Assembly (NCBI GenBank): GCA_963829525.1
Contig: CAWHIJ010000003.1
Location: forward strand, 928,001 to 992,000
Length of the DNA stretch: 64,000 bases
Direction: 5' to 3'
Source: an uncultured Actinomycetota bacterium
Lineage (GTDB): Bacteria > Actinomycetota > Actinomycetes > JAHEKZ01
A program made the translations under genes and the position numbers. Below, piece after piece: positions 48,996-57,569 of the stretch (the first letter of the stretch is position 1; every line of letters begins with the position of its first letter). The notes under the pieces were generated by a model. That model saw only the letters and a program-made list of their open reading frames with translations. It was not told the DNA's origin and ran no database searches.

Positions 48996-49216
48996 GGAGC
49001 GTCGGGGGCCGCTGCAGTGCGAAGGTTAGCCCGAGTTGATTGGGTAAATGCTTGGGTTTTGGGGTCCGTCCGGTAGGATGCTGGAATCAGCTCGTTGAGT
49101 TCTTGCCGCGAGTTGTCCGCACGTTGTAGCGCGTGACATCCGCTCCGTGTGTAGCCGGCCGAGTCATTCGGATTTCCGGTTGTCGGTGAGAAACCCGCAC
49201 AGATAGCGATCTTTAC

Positions 49217-50656
49217 TTGTCCTCTTTCTCTGACGTCGGCGTGCCCGAACGTCTTACCACTGTCCTCTCCGGCCTGGGGATCGATACCCCCACGCCTATC
49301 CAATCCGCCACTTTGCCCGACGCCTTTGCCGGGCGCGATGTCCTCGGCCGTGGCCGCACAGGGTCCGGCAAGACCTACGCCTTCTTGCTGCCGCTGGTCG
49401 CCCGGCTGTCTGACGGCAGCAGGGCCCGGCCGAAGGCACCACGAGCGCTCATCCTGGCGCCGACCCGTGAGCTTGTCAGTCAGATCGACCAGGCACTCGC
49501 GCCGCTGGCGCAGGCTGCCGGCCTGACCTCGCGGACGGTCTTCGGTGGCGTCGGTCAGAACCCGCAGGTGACCGCGCTCAGCCGAGGTGTCGACATCCTC
49601 GTTGCCTGCCCGGGACGTCTCGAGGACCTGATCGGGCAGGGGCACTGCAGCTTGGCCGCTATCGAGGTCACTGTTCTCGATGAGGCTGATCACATGGCCG
49701 ACCTCGGGTTCTTGCCCGCGGTGCGCCGGCTGCTCGCGCAGACGCCCCGCGGCGGTCAACGGCTCCTTTTCTCGGCCACGCTCGACCGAGCGATCGACGG
49801 CCTCGTACGGCAGTTCTTGGTGAACCCGGTCACTCACGAGGCCGACTCCGCGCAGTCACCGATCAGCGCGATGTCGCACCATGTGCTGCACGTAGATCGT
49901 GAACACCGACTGCCGATCCTGGTTGACCTGATCAGTGCGCCCGGTCGCACCGTCGTCTTCACTCGCACCAAGCGCGGCGCCAAGACACTGGCCCGGCAGT
50001 TCAACAACAGTGGTGTCTCGGCGGTCGAGCTGCACGGAAATCTCGCCCAGAACGCGCGCACCCGCAACCTCGACGCGTTCCACGACGGTCGAGCGTCGAC
50101 GCTGGTCGCCACCGACATTGCCGCACGGGGGATCCACGTCGACGACGTGTCACTGGTCGTCCACGCCGACCCTCCGGCCGAGCACAAGGCGTACCAGCAC
50201 CGCTCCGGGCGCACGGCCCGTGCGGGAAGCGCCGGGACGGTGGTCACCATCATGACCAGCGACCAGGTGAACGACGTCCGCGTGCTCACTCGGGCGGCCG
50301 GCATCTCACCGACGACGACCCGGATCCAGGGCGCAACGCACCCCGTGTTGGCCGAGTTGGCCCCGGGTGCACGCGTGGTGTCTGGTCCAATCAAGAGCGC
50401 CGCTCCCGCAGCCTCGGCGTCACGGCCGGTGAAGGCGGCCAAGCCGCGCCCCCGCAACCGCCGGGGTAGTCAGGACCGCTCTGGCAGCCTGAACCAATCG
50501 GCCTCGGGCACCCCGAAGTCGACTGGCTCGGGCTCCTCTTCGGCGCAGGTTTCGGGGCAGAAGGTCAAGTCCGGCCGCACTCCGCGCCGCACGCCTGGGC
50601 GGCCAAGCTCCCAAGGCGGCCACAGTGCGGCCGCCTTCAGCGCTGGCCGCCGCTGA
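49217..50656 (+). CDS. DEAD-box RNA helicase (RhlE-like)
   Basis: TPIQ, GRTGSGKT, PTREL, DEAD, SAT, HRSGRTAR; TTG start, basic tail. Confidence 0.92.
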   Translation: MSSFSDVGVPERLTTVLSGLGIDTPTPIQSATLPDAFAGRDVLGRGRTGSGKTYAFLLPLVARLSDGSRARPKAPRALILAPTRELVSQIDQALAPLAQAAGLTSRTVFGGVGQNPQVTALSRGVDILVACPGRLEDLIGQGHCSLAAIEVTVLDEADHMADLGFLPAVRRLLAQTPRGGQRLLFSATLDRAIDGLVRQFLVNPVTHEADSAQSPISAMSHHVLHVDREHRLPILVDLISAPGRTVVFTRTKRGAKTLARQFNNSGVSAVELHGNLAQNARTRNLDAFHDGRASTLVATDIAARGIHVDDVSLVVHADPPAEHKAYQHRSGRTARAGSAGTVVTIMTSDQVNDVRVLTRAAGISPTTTRIQGATHPVLAELAPGARVVSGPIKSAAPAASASRPVKAAKPRPRNRRGSQDRSGSLNQSASGTPKSTGSGSSSAQVSGQKVKSGRTPRRTPGRPSSQGGHSAAAFSAGRR

Positions 50657-50716
50657 GGAACCCGCTCCGCCAGCCCACGCCCCTGGCCATTCAGGTTTGG
50701 GAACGCCCGGCGGGTG

Positions 50717-50920
50717 TCAGGCCAGACCCAGAGACTCGGCGGTCACATGCGTGACGTGATCGAAGACGGCGTCGAGATCAGTGAGCGTGTCGTTGAACTG
50801 ACCGTCGAGCTCGAGGCTGACGTGCCCGAAGAGCTGCGTGTGCGCCATAAGTCCGGCGATGAGGAACGATCCGGGTACGGTGTCCGGCACGAATTCGCAC
50901 AGCAGTGTCGTTCCGCGCAT
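50717..50920 (-). CDS. Small hypothetical protein (67 aa)
   Basis: AGGAAGG purine run before ATG; GC3-biased codons. Confidence 0.45.
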   Translation of the reverse strand: MRGTTLLCEFVPDTVPGSFLIAGLMAHTQLFGHVSLELDGQFNDTLTDLDAVFDHVTHVTAESLGLA

Positions 50921-51124
50921 GCTCCTTCCTGCAGGGCGCTGTGAGGGGCAGACTGTCGATGATCTCGTCAGGACAAGGCACTCGCCGTGCGACACCGTCG
51001 TCGGCATCTGGACACCTCGGGCGAAAACAGAGTTGCCCGGTTCATCGACCCTGCAGGAATCGTCCCCACCAGGAGGAGCGGTCATGGCAACCCGAAGAAT
51101 CGTTTCAGTCAGGGGCAAAGCAGC

Positions 51125-51817
51125 ATGACGACGGTACGCAAGAACCAAGCAAAACTGACGCCGAATGAGCGACAACGGTTCGTGCGCGCGGTCAACAAGC
51201 TGCACGGCACCTCAGCGGATGCGCCGGCGTACCGGGCGTTCGTGGCGGTGCACGCCCATGCGATGTCAATGGCAGGAATGGATTGGCACGTCCACACGAT
51301 GGGAGTAGGGATGCCGGGCACGAACTTTCTGGCCTGGCACCGGCACTTCCTCCTGCGCTTCGAGCAGCGTCTGCAGCAAGTAGACCCGGCAGTGAGCATC
51401 CCGTACTGGGACTGGATCGCCGACCCGACCATCCCAAGGTTCCTGGACGACCCGGACCTGCTGGCCAGTTGGAATGTGGAGCGGAGTTTCAACCGCCACG
51501 AGATGCCCAGCGAAGCTGAGCTGAACCTGGCCATGGGGATCGGTCGCTTCGCTCGGTTCCAGCGCAAACTAGAACTTGGCCCACACAACGACGTGCACAT
51601 CTCGGTGGGCGGCACGATGGCCACCGCAGCGTCGCCGGCTGATCCGTTGTTCTGGCTGCACCATGCCAATCTCGACCGGCTCTGGACCGAGTGGCAGGAG
51701 TCGCATCCCAAGGCAAGACCCGCCAAGCCGCGGACGATCCTGCAACCGTCGAAGCTGTTCAACGTCACGGTGGCCAGCCAGCTCGACATCACCGCGCTCG
51801 ACTACCAGTACCGCTGA
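51125..51817 (+). CDS. Tyrosinase family (type-3 copper) protein
   Basis: VRKN start, CuA His (VAVH...HVH...FLAWHR), IPYWDW, CuB PHNDVH...DPLFWLHH. Confidence 0.9.
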   Translation: MTTVRKNQAKLTPNERQRFVRAVNKLHGTSADAPAYRAFVAVHAHAMSMAGMDWHVHTMGVGMPGTNFLAWHRHFLLRFEQRLQQVDPAVSIPYWDWIADPTIPRFLDDPDLLASWNVERSFNRHEMPSEAELNLAMGIGRFARFQRKLELGPHNDVHISVGGTMATAASPADPLFWLHHANLDRLWTEWQESHPKARPAKPRTILQPSKLFNVTVASQLDITALDYQYR

Positions 51818-51835
51818 GTGCGCGTTCCGCTGCAT

Positions 51836-52435
51836 TCAGTAGGACGGCCGGTCGCTGTTGAAGAACCAGAGTGAGGAGGTCAGCCAGATCGTCACCAGGA
51901 CGGTGAAGAGGACTCCTCCGAGAACCGGAAGTGCCCAGGCGGGTAACCGGCTGCTTCTGACTGCCAGCATCTTGGTGACAAAGATCCCGTAGAACGCGCA
52001 ACCCATGACCGAGTGAACCAGCACCCTGGTGCTGTACGTGCCGAAGCCCAGCGACCACAGGCAGTGGAACGCCACCGGCAGGGTCAACGCGACGGCGACG
52101 ACCCCTGAGATCCGATGTGTCAGCGCCGCGGCCGACCTACTGGGCCCCGCACCTATGCGTCCGTAGATCCGCAGGGCTGTACCGACTTGAACGAACGCGA
52201 AGACCACGGCAGCTGTGGCAAGCCAGACCTTTATGTCCAGCAAAGTCGGGAACCCCAGCGTCGTGATCGGGCGTCCGGTCGGAACATGGTTGCGTGAGTA
52301 GGACCCGATCGCTACTGAAACGGCGGCGCCGATCAGCACGAAACCGACGAAGAGTCCGGTGCCCGCGCCGCTGGAGCGATCCGAACTCGGTGAGTTCGAC
52401 AACTGCGAATCGTGGTTCAGGTCACCACCCCGCAC
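51836..52435 (-). CDS. DUF6529 membrane protein
   Basis: KVWLAT, HRISG, PVAFHCLWSLGF, HSVMGCAFYG, WLTSSLWFF. Confidence 0.75.
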   Translation of the reverse strand: MRGGDLNHDSQLSNSPSSDRSSGAGTGLFVGFVLIGAAVSVAIGSYSRNHVPTGRPITTLGFPTLLDIKVWLATAAVVFAFVQVGTALRIYGRIGAGPSRSAAALTHRISGVVAVALTLPVAFHCLWSLGFGTYSTRVLVHSVMGCAFYGIFVTKMLAVRSSRLPAWALPVLGGVLFTVLVTIWLTSSLWFFNSDRPSY

Positions 52436-52685
52436 TAATCATCTATCGTCTTGGACCTCGGTCAACCCCCCGTGGTGCCAGAACCCGACGACTGTCGGGT
52501 GCGCTAGTCGGTGACGTCTTTGGTGGTGAAGTGTGCCCAGGCGGCACACTTGGAAGATTGGGCACCACGGTGACGAGCTTTGTGTCCTGGCCACCATCGT
52601 TGGTCTTGTGATCTACGAGACACGCACGGGATTGGGGCGGGCGAAATCCCACTCCGCTCGCCCCATCCGAACCCGCCAGGGGTCG

Positions 52686-53162
52686 TTAGGCCTTGTTCAG
52701 GGCGGATTGAACAGACTGGGCGTACGCGTTTGAGGTAAAGGTCGCTCCCGAGGCAGCCGCGACGCTCGTCGACTGGGCGGCAATGATCTTGGACTTCATG
52801 TCGGGAATGGCCCGGTCGGTGTAGGGCTGGAAGCTGCCACCCGGGGCGATGAGCGTGGTGATGTCGGTGATGGTCGTTCCGTTCAACGTGACCTTCACCT
52901 GGACGGTGCCGTACTGGAAGCTGACGGCGTCACCAGTGATGACTTGCTGCGTGTTGGCAGTGGGGGTAGTGGCTTGATTGGGTTTAGTGGTTTTGCCGTG
53001 CGACTTCTTCGTCGGTGAGGGAGAGGCCTGAGGTGCGCCGATGTTCTCCGCGGAGGTTGGGTCGCTGTCCCCTCCTCCAGGCAGCAGATAGAGCAGAACG
53101 CCACCGGCTACCGCAAGCACAACAGCTGGGGCAACTCTTCGGGCGAAGCCGGGCTCACTCAT
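52686..53162 (-). CDS. Extracytoplasmic FMN-binding protein
   Basis: N-terminal TM, linker, YGTVQV, flavinylation motif SGATFTS. Confidence 0.88.
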   Translation of the reverse strand: MSEPGFARRVAPAVVLAVAGGVLLYLLPGGGDSDPTSAENIGAPQASPSPTKKSHGKTTKPNQATTPTANTQQVITGDAVSFQYGTVQVKVTLNGTTITDITTLIAPGGSFQPYTDRAIPDMKSKIIAAQSTSVAAASGATFTSNAYAQSVQSALNKA

Positions 53163-53168
53163 TTCTGG

Positions 53169-54578
53169 TCACCACCAAATCCGTTCGAAGTGAATGTCAT
53201 CCTCATCCACGCCGCAGGAGCGCAGGCAGTGGAAGGCAGCTCTGATCATCGGCTGAGAGCCGCACACGACCGCGACCCGCTGGGCAACGTCGGGCACCAG
53301 CCTTCGCATCACGTCAGGGTCGAAGGGGTTGCCGTCCTTTAGCTCGCTCGTACGTCCGACCACTGGGATGATCCGGCCATTCCTTGTTTCAGCCAAACTG
53401 ACGAGCTCGTCGTAGTGAACGATCTCCTCGGCCCGGCGAGCCCGGTAAATGACGACAGGCTGGGCATCGGGTTCGAAGTCCTCCAACAGGGACCGAACGG
53501 GACCAATCCCGACTCCACCGGCGATCAAGAGCAACTTGTCGCCGCGCAGCTCCTCGTAGATCTTTGTTCCATACGGACCTTCCACGGCCACCTTGGTTCC
53601 GACCGGGAGTCGGGTCATCAGATCGCTTGCTCCGCCGAGCGCCTTGACCGTGAAACGAATGCGGTCGACGCGCGGCGCTGCCGAGATTGAGTACGGGTGC
53701 GGCTGCCAGACCAACGCGGGGGTCAGCGGACGCAGAAGAGCGAACTGCCCGGCCGCTGCTCTGAGGTCGGATACATTACGCCCGCCGAGCTCGATGGCAG
53801 CCGCAACATCGTTCAGTGGCGTCACGGACAGAACGGTCAACGGACGCGCGATCGACCTGATCACCTTGCCCCATCGGCTGAAGACCACGATCAGCAGCAC
53901 GATCACGCTGACGGCGATCCAGAAGGCCCGCGCCAGGGGGTCGAAGGCAAGGTCTGACCCCAGGTAGATCTCATGGGCGAACGCAAGCCCCAACGACGCA
54001 TAGATCAACAGGTGGATGAAGTACCACGTCTCGTACGCGAGGTGGCGTCGGATGAACCCGAGGGAAAGCACCGTGATGAGCAGCATGCCAAGGGCGCCAA
54101 CGGTCGCCATCGCCATGTACTGCTCTTCGCCGGTCAACTCGACGACGGCGTCACGCAGGCTGGAGAGGCTCGTGTAGGCGACCAAGGTCGTCACGATGTG
54201 CGCTACGAGGAGCAGCGCTGCCGTCTCGCCCATCCACCGATGCCAGAGCAGTGAACGGTCGAGGCCGATCGCTCGCTCGAAACGGTGCGTTCGAGCCGCG
54301 AATGTGATTCCTATCAGGGCCACCGATGTCGCTAGGAGGCCGGTGAGCGCTCCGATCGACTCCCAGGTCTCGGCCCACACCCCACCCGTTACCGCTGCCC
54401 AACCGCCGTGCCGCACCCATATCCCGATCGTGACGACGATCAGGGCAACTGCCACCGTGACGGCGTCACTGAGGGCGGGTCCGGGATGCCGGGGACGCTG
54501 AGCACGGTGTGGATGGGCGATGCCGGGGGAGAGCACCTTGGGTGCTGTCGGTGCCTTGTTCCGATGAGTCTTAGACAT
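53169..54578 (-). CDS. Ferric reductase-like TM protein fused to FAD/NAD-binding domain
   Basis: WHRWMG, YETWYFIHL heme His; HPYSIS, EGPYG, AGGVGIGP, VCGS, HFE. Confidence 0.88.
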   Translation of the reverse strand: MSKTHRNKAPTAPKVLSPGIAHPHRAQRPRHPGPALSDAVTVAVALIVVTIGIWVRHGGWAAVTGGVWAETWESIGALTGLLATSVALIGITFAARTHRFERAIGLDRSLLWHRWMGETAALLLVAHIVTTLVAYTSLSSLRDAVVELTGEEQYMAMATVGALGMLLITVLSLGFIRRHLAYETWYFIHLLIYASLGLAFAHEIYLGSDLAFDPLARAFWIAVSVIVLLIVVFSRWGKVIRSIARPLTVLSVTPLNDVAAAIELGGRNVSDLRAAAGQFALLRPLTPALVWQPHPYSISAAPRVDRIRFTVKALGGASDLMTRLPVGTKVAVEGPYGTKIYEELRGDKLLLIAGGVGIGPVRSLLEDFEPDAQPVVIYRARRAEEIVHYDELVSLAETRNGRIIPVVGRTSELKDGNPFDPDVMRRLVPDVAQRVAVVCGSQPMIRAAFHCLRSCGVDEDDIHFERIWW

Positions 54579-54633
54579 GGTGGAGACTCCCGTACACATG
54601 ACCGATTCCGCTGGCGGACCGCTTGGAGAGTCG

Positions 54634-55464
54634 ATGGGAACTTCGCGTAGCGACAGCGAGGTGCTGGACGGCTGGGATCATGGCATTTCCGGTTCGGTTG
54701 TGCGTGAGGACCGCGTGGTCCACGTCGAGCACATCTGGGGAACGGCCATCACCATCAACCTATCGGGAACCAAGGGATCGGAGGACCACGCACTCTCCGC
54801 AATTGACCGGGCCCGGGAGTTCTTCGTCACAGTTGACCAGACCTTTTCCACCTACAAGCCCCACACTGAGGTGGCGCTCTACCGAGCCGGTCTGGAGCGC
54901 CCGGGGCAGCAGTCGGACGACTTCGAAGAGGTTAAGCGTTCCTGCCGCCAGTTGTGCGACTTCACTGGTGGCGCCTTCGACCCATGGTCCGTCCCGGGTG
55001 GTTACGACCCGTCGGGATACGTCAAAGGCTGGGCCGTAGGACGTGCCAGCGAGCGCCTGGCCGCCGCGGGGTTCCCCGATCACCTGGTCAATGCGGGGGG
55101 TGACATCTGTGCGAGGGGAGACGAACTACCCCGATCAGGACAGGGATGGCCAACAGGGATTCTCAATCCTCATGCCCCCACGGAGGTCATCGAGGTGGTC
55201 GACTTGCGCAACGAGTCGATGGCCACGTCCGGTCGCTATGAACGTGGCGACCATGTCATCGACCCGTCGACCGGCCGACCGGCCATCGATGTCGACAGTG
55301 CAACTGTGGTCGGTCCTGACCCCGGCGCCGCCGATGCGTTGGCGTCAGCTGCGCTGGTGCGAGGAACCGACAGTGTCGCCTGGTTCGACCTGTTGGGTCC
55401 GGACTGGTCTCTGTACCTGGTGATAGGTGAGACGGCACGCTCGTTCGGGCGCGCCTTCGAGTAG
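54634..55464 (+). CDS. apbE: FAD:protein FMN transferase ApbE
   Basis: WGT, FSTYK, GAFDP, DPSGYVKGWA, NAGGD, ATSG.YERGDHVIDP, ADALA; start uncertain. Confidence 0.88.
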   Translation: MGTSRSDSEVLDGWDHGISGSVVREDRVVHVEHIWGTAITINLSGTKGSEDHALSAIDRAREFFVTVDQTFSTYKPHTEVALYRAGLERPGQQSDDFEEVKRSCRQLCDFTGGAFDPWSVPGGYDPSGYVKGWAVGRASERLAAAGFPDHLVNAGGDICARGDELPRSGQGWPTGILNPHAPTEVIEVVDLRNESMATSGRYERGDHVIDPSTGRPAIDVDSATVVGPDPGAADALASAALVRGTDSVAWFDLLGPDWSLYLVIGETARSFGRAFE

Positions 55465-55473
55465 GCACACCGC

Positions 55474-56226
55474 TTACCTGTCTCTCAGCTGCCGACGTTT
55501 CGCTGGGTCCTGACCGTAGAAGTGACGGAAGACGTCGTACAGATCCGGCCGGTCTTCGGCAAGCTCTGCCCCACGCGTGAAGAAGATCTCAGTGGTGACA
55601 GCGAAAAACTCACTTGGGTTGGTGCCGGCGTACTCGGACAGTAATGCGCTCCCATGGCCCAGACGCAGAGATCGGTACTCGGCGTCGCAGACCTCGATCC
55701 ATCGCCGTCGCTCAGCTCGATCGGACAGTCGCGGGGTGCCGTCGAGCGTCCCGTCCTCGGCGTCCAGCTTGTGTGCGAACTCGTGGAAGACAACGTTGTA
55801 TCCCTGATCGGGGTGTGTCGCCTGCTGCAGGGCGTCATCCCACGCAATGAAGACCGGTCCATGTGCCGTGGTGTGACCGAGCACGGGGAGCGCATGAGCA
55901 TCGACCGTGCCGGGAATTGCGCCGGAGCGAGGCCCCCGAATCGTGATTGTTGCTGGATGGACGACTATGGCGGTGACGTTCTTGAAGACTGGATCCGGCA
56001 GGCCCACGGCGAGCAGCGCTGCATGCCCCGCGACCGTCCCACGGATGTTGTCGTCCAACGAGAACCCCCGAGAAGCTTCCCAGTTGACGCGCTTGACCAA
56101 TCTTTCGGCAACCTCTCGTAGGCGAAGCTGCTCACTCGGTGTGAGCAGTTCCCATTCGGGCAATGTCGCCGAGATCACCGCAGTGAGCCATGTCGAAGCA
56201 TGGCGGTCACGGCGACCACCGGTCAC
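55474..56226 (-). CDS. M90 family zinc peptidase (MtfA-like)
   Basis: NVVFHEFAHKLD, DGTP, YAGTNPSEFFAV.TE.FF, YGQDP. Confidence 0.88.
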   Translation of the reverse strand: MTGGRRDRHASTWLTAVISATLPEWELLTPSEQLRLREVAERLVKRVNWEASRGFSLDDNIRGTVAGHAALLAVGLPDPVFKNVTAIVVHPATITIRGPRSGAIPGTVDAHALPVLGHTTAHGPVFIAWDDALQQATHPDQGYNVVFHEFAHKLDAEDGTLDGTPRLSDRAERRRWIEVCDAEYRSLRLGHGSALLSEYAGTNPSEFFAVTTEIFFTRGAELAEDRPDLYDVFRHFYGQDPAKRRQLRDR

Positions 56227-56269
56227 CTCACGTCCTCGAGTTCCGATTCCGTCGGTCCATTCGCCATAC

Positions 56270-57301
56270 TCACCAAGTCAATCGTTCGACTTCTGCCGAG
56301 CACGGGTGGCCAGGAGCCAGCCACAGCGACCGAGTTTCGGGCTCGCAGACCATGGCAAACAAGATGGTGGCGCCTTCGTCACCCTGGGCAGGTTCAGGAT
56401 GCACGCAGATGTCTTGACCTTCGGCCGCATGGTCGGAGAGCAATCCGATCATGCCGTCGACAGTGGGGGCTGTGACCCCTGCGAGTGCGCGGGCGCGGGC
56501 GAGTCTCGATCGGCTTCCCTCCGACGGGTCGCAGGACGCGGCCGCCACTGTCGCGTCGATTGCGTGGTTCGTGTGTTCGGTGACCGAGAGGTAGGCGGCA
56601 GTGGTGGCTGTCGTCTCGATCGCGCACGTTTGGCCACCCGGGAAGGCACACAGGTAGGAGTAGCCCCCGGCGCGACCTTCTGGGGTTGCACGAGCGAAGG
56701 CGTCCTTAAGGTCGCGGGAGTCCAGCACGTTCCTGGCCACGAGCGCTCGGGGTATCCCGACCCGTTCATCGGTCGCTGTCAGTGACATGGTCCCGAACGC
56801 GCCACCCAGCTCGTTCAGTCCGACCAGCGGCAGAGTCCCCGCGACGATCGGCGCAAGAACCGCTGGTCCATCGTTCGGTACATCCAGAACGACACCAACG
56901 GCGCCGTCATCACCGGCATACCACTGCTCGTTGTGCCCGAGAAGGGTGTTTTTGGTCGACCGAAGAACGACGTCGGTGCATCGCTCAAGTGGGGTGACGG
57001 ATGGCGTGCCGAGCTCGACAATCCCGTACACCTCTTCGAAGGCGTTTGCGAAGAAGAGGTCGAGGAAAGGCTGCTCGGCCCCGTCGGCCATTCCGCGCAC
57101 CTGTGCGAGCAGGTGCGGTACGGCGTCGCCCGAGGCGTCCAGGTAAGGAGCGAGGATGTCCTTGAGGTCACCGCGACCGATCTTGTGCGATTCGAGGTAA
57201 CGACTGTTGAAGGCAACCGATCGAGCGGTGGCCTCAGCAAAGGCCTCACCAATCAGGGCCCCTCGCTCGTAGGGGGTTCCCGAAACTCGAACCGGCTGCA
57301 C
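56270..57301 (-). CDS. C45 family autoproteolytic acyltransferase/hydrolase
   Basis: GTPYERG, R-CT nucleophile, GHNE, GLNE, HTNH, ICVH. Confidence 0.8.
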   Translation of the reverse strand: MQPVRVSGTPYERGALIGEAFAEATARSVAFNSRYLESHKIGRGDLKDILAPYLDASGDAVPHLLAQVRGMADGAEQPFLDLFFANAFEEVYGIVELGTPSVTPLERCTDVVLRSTKNTLLGHNEQWYAGDDGAVGVVLDVPNDGPAVLAPIVAGTLPLVGLNELGGAFGTMSLTATDERVGIPRALVARNVLDSRDLKDAFARATPEGRAGGYSYLCAFPGGQTCAIETTATTAAYLSVTEHTNHAIDATVAAASCDPSEGSRSRLARARALAGVTAPTVDGMIGLLSDHAAEGQDICVHPEPAQGDEGATILFAMVCEPETRSLWLAPGHPCSAEVERLTW

Positions 57302-57392
57302 GAGGTCACCCTAGGTGAGGGACGTACGCTCGCGGCGCCTTTGGGGGGTTGACGGCGTACTCTGGGCAGACGGTGAGCAATGAGGAGGCGTG

Positions 57393-57569
57393 ATGTTCGA
57401 GTACCTGATCGGCGGTCTGGTCATCGCCTTTCTTGTGGTTCTGGTTCTCGGGGCTGTCACCGGTCGTGTCAAATCGCGAAGCTGCTGCAGCATCGCTGAC
57501 CCTCGACAGGATCTCCGTATGCGCGCCGCCTTTGAGGGTGAGTCTGCGCCACCGGGCGCTACATCCTGA
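57393..57569 (+). CDS. Small single-TM protein with CC motif (58 aa), not in the ORF track
   Basis: AGGAGG RBS; MFEYLIGGLVIAFLVVLVLGAVTGRVKSRSCCSIADPRQDLRMRAAF... Confidence 0.65.
   Translation: MFEYLIGGLVIAFLVVLVLGAVTGRVKSRSCCSIADPRQDLRMRAAFEGESAPPGATS

Noticed and set aside
50717-50920. Small ORF as the tyrosinase caddie (MelC1)
   Set aside because: Divergent orientation, no Tat signal and no recognisable caddie motif
39027-57500. Prophage or ICE integrated at tRNA-Met
   Set aside because: No integrase, phage, conjugation or transposase genes and no attR copy visible in the window
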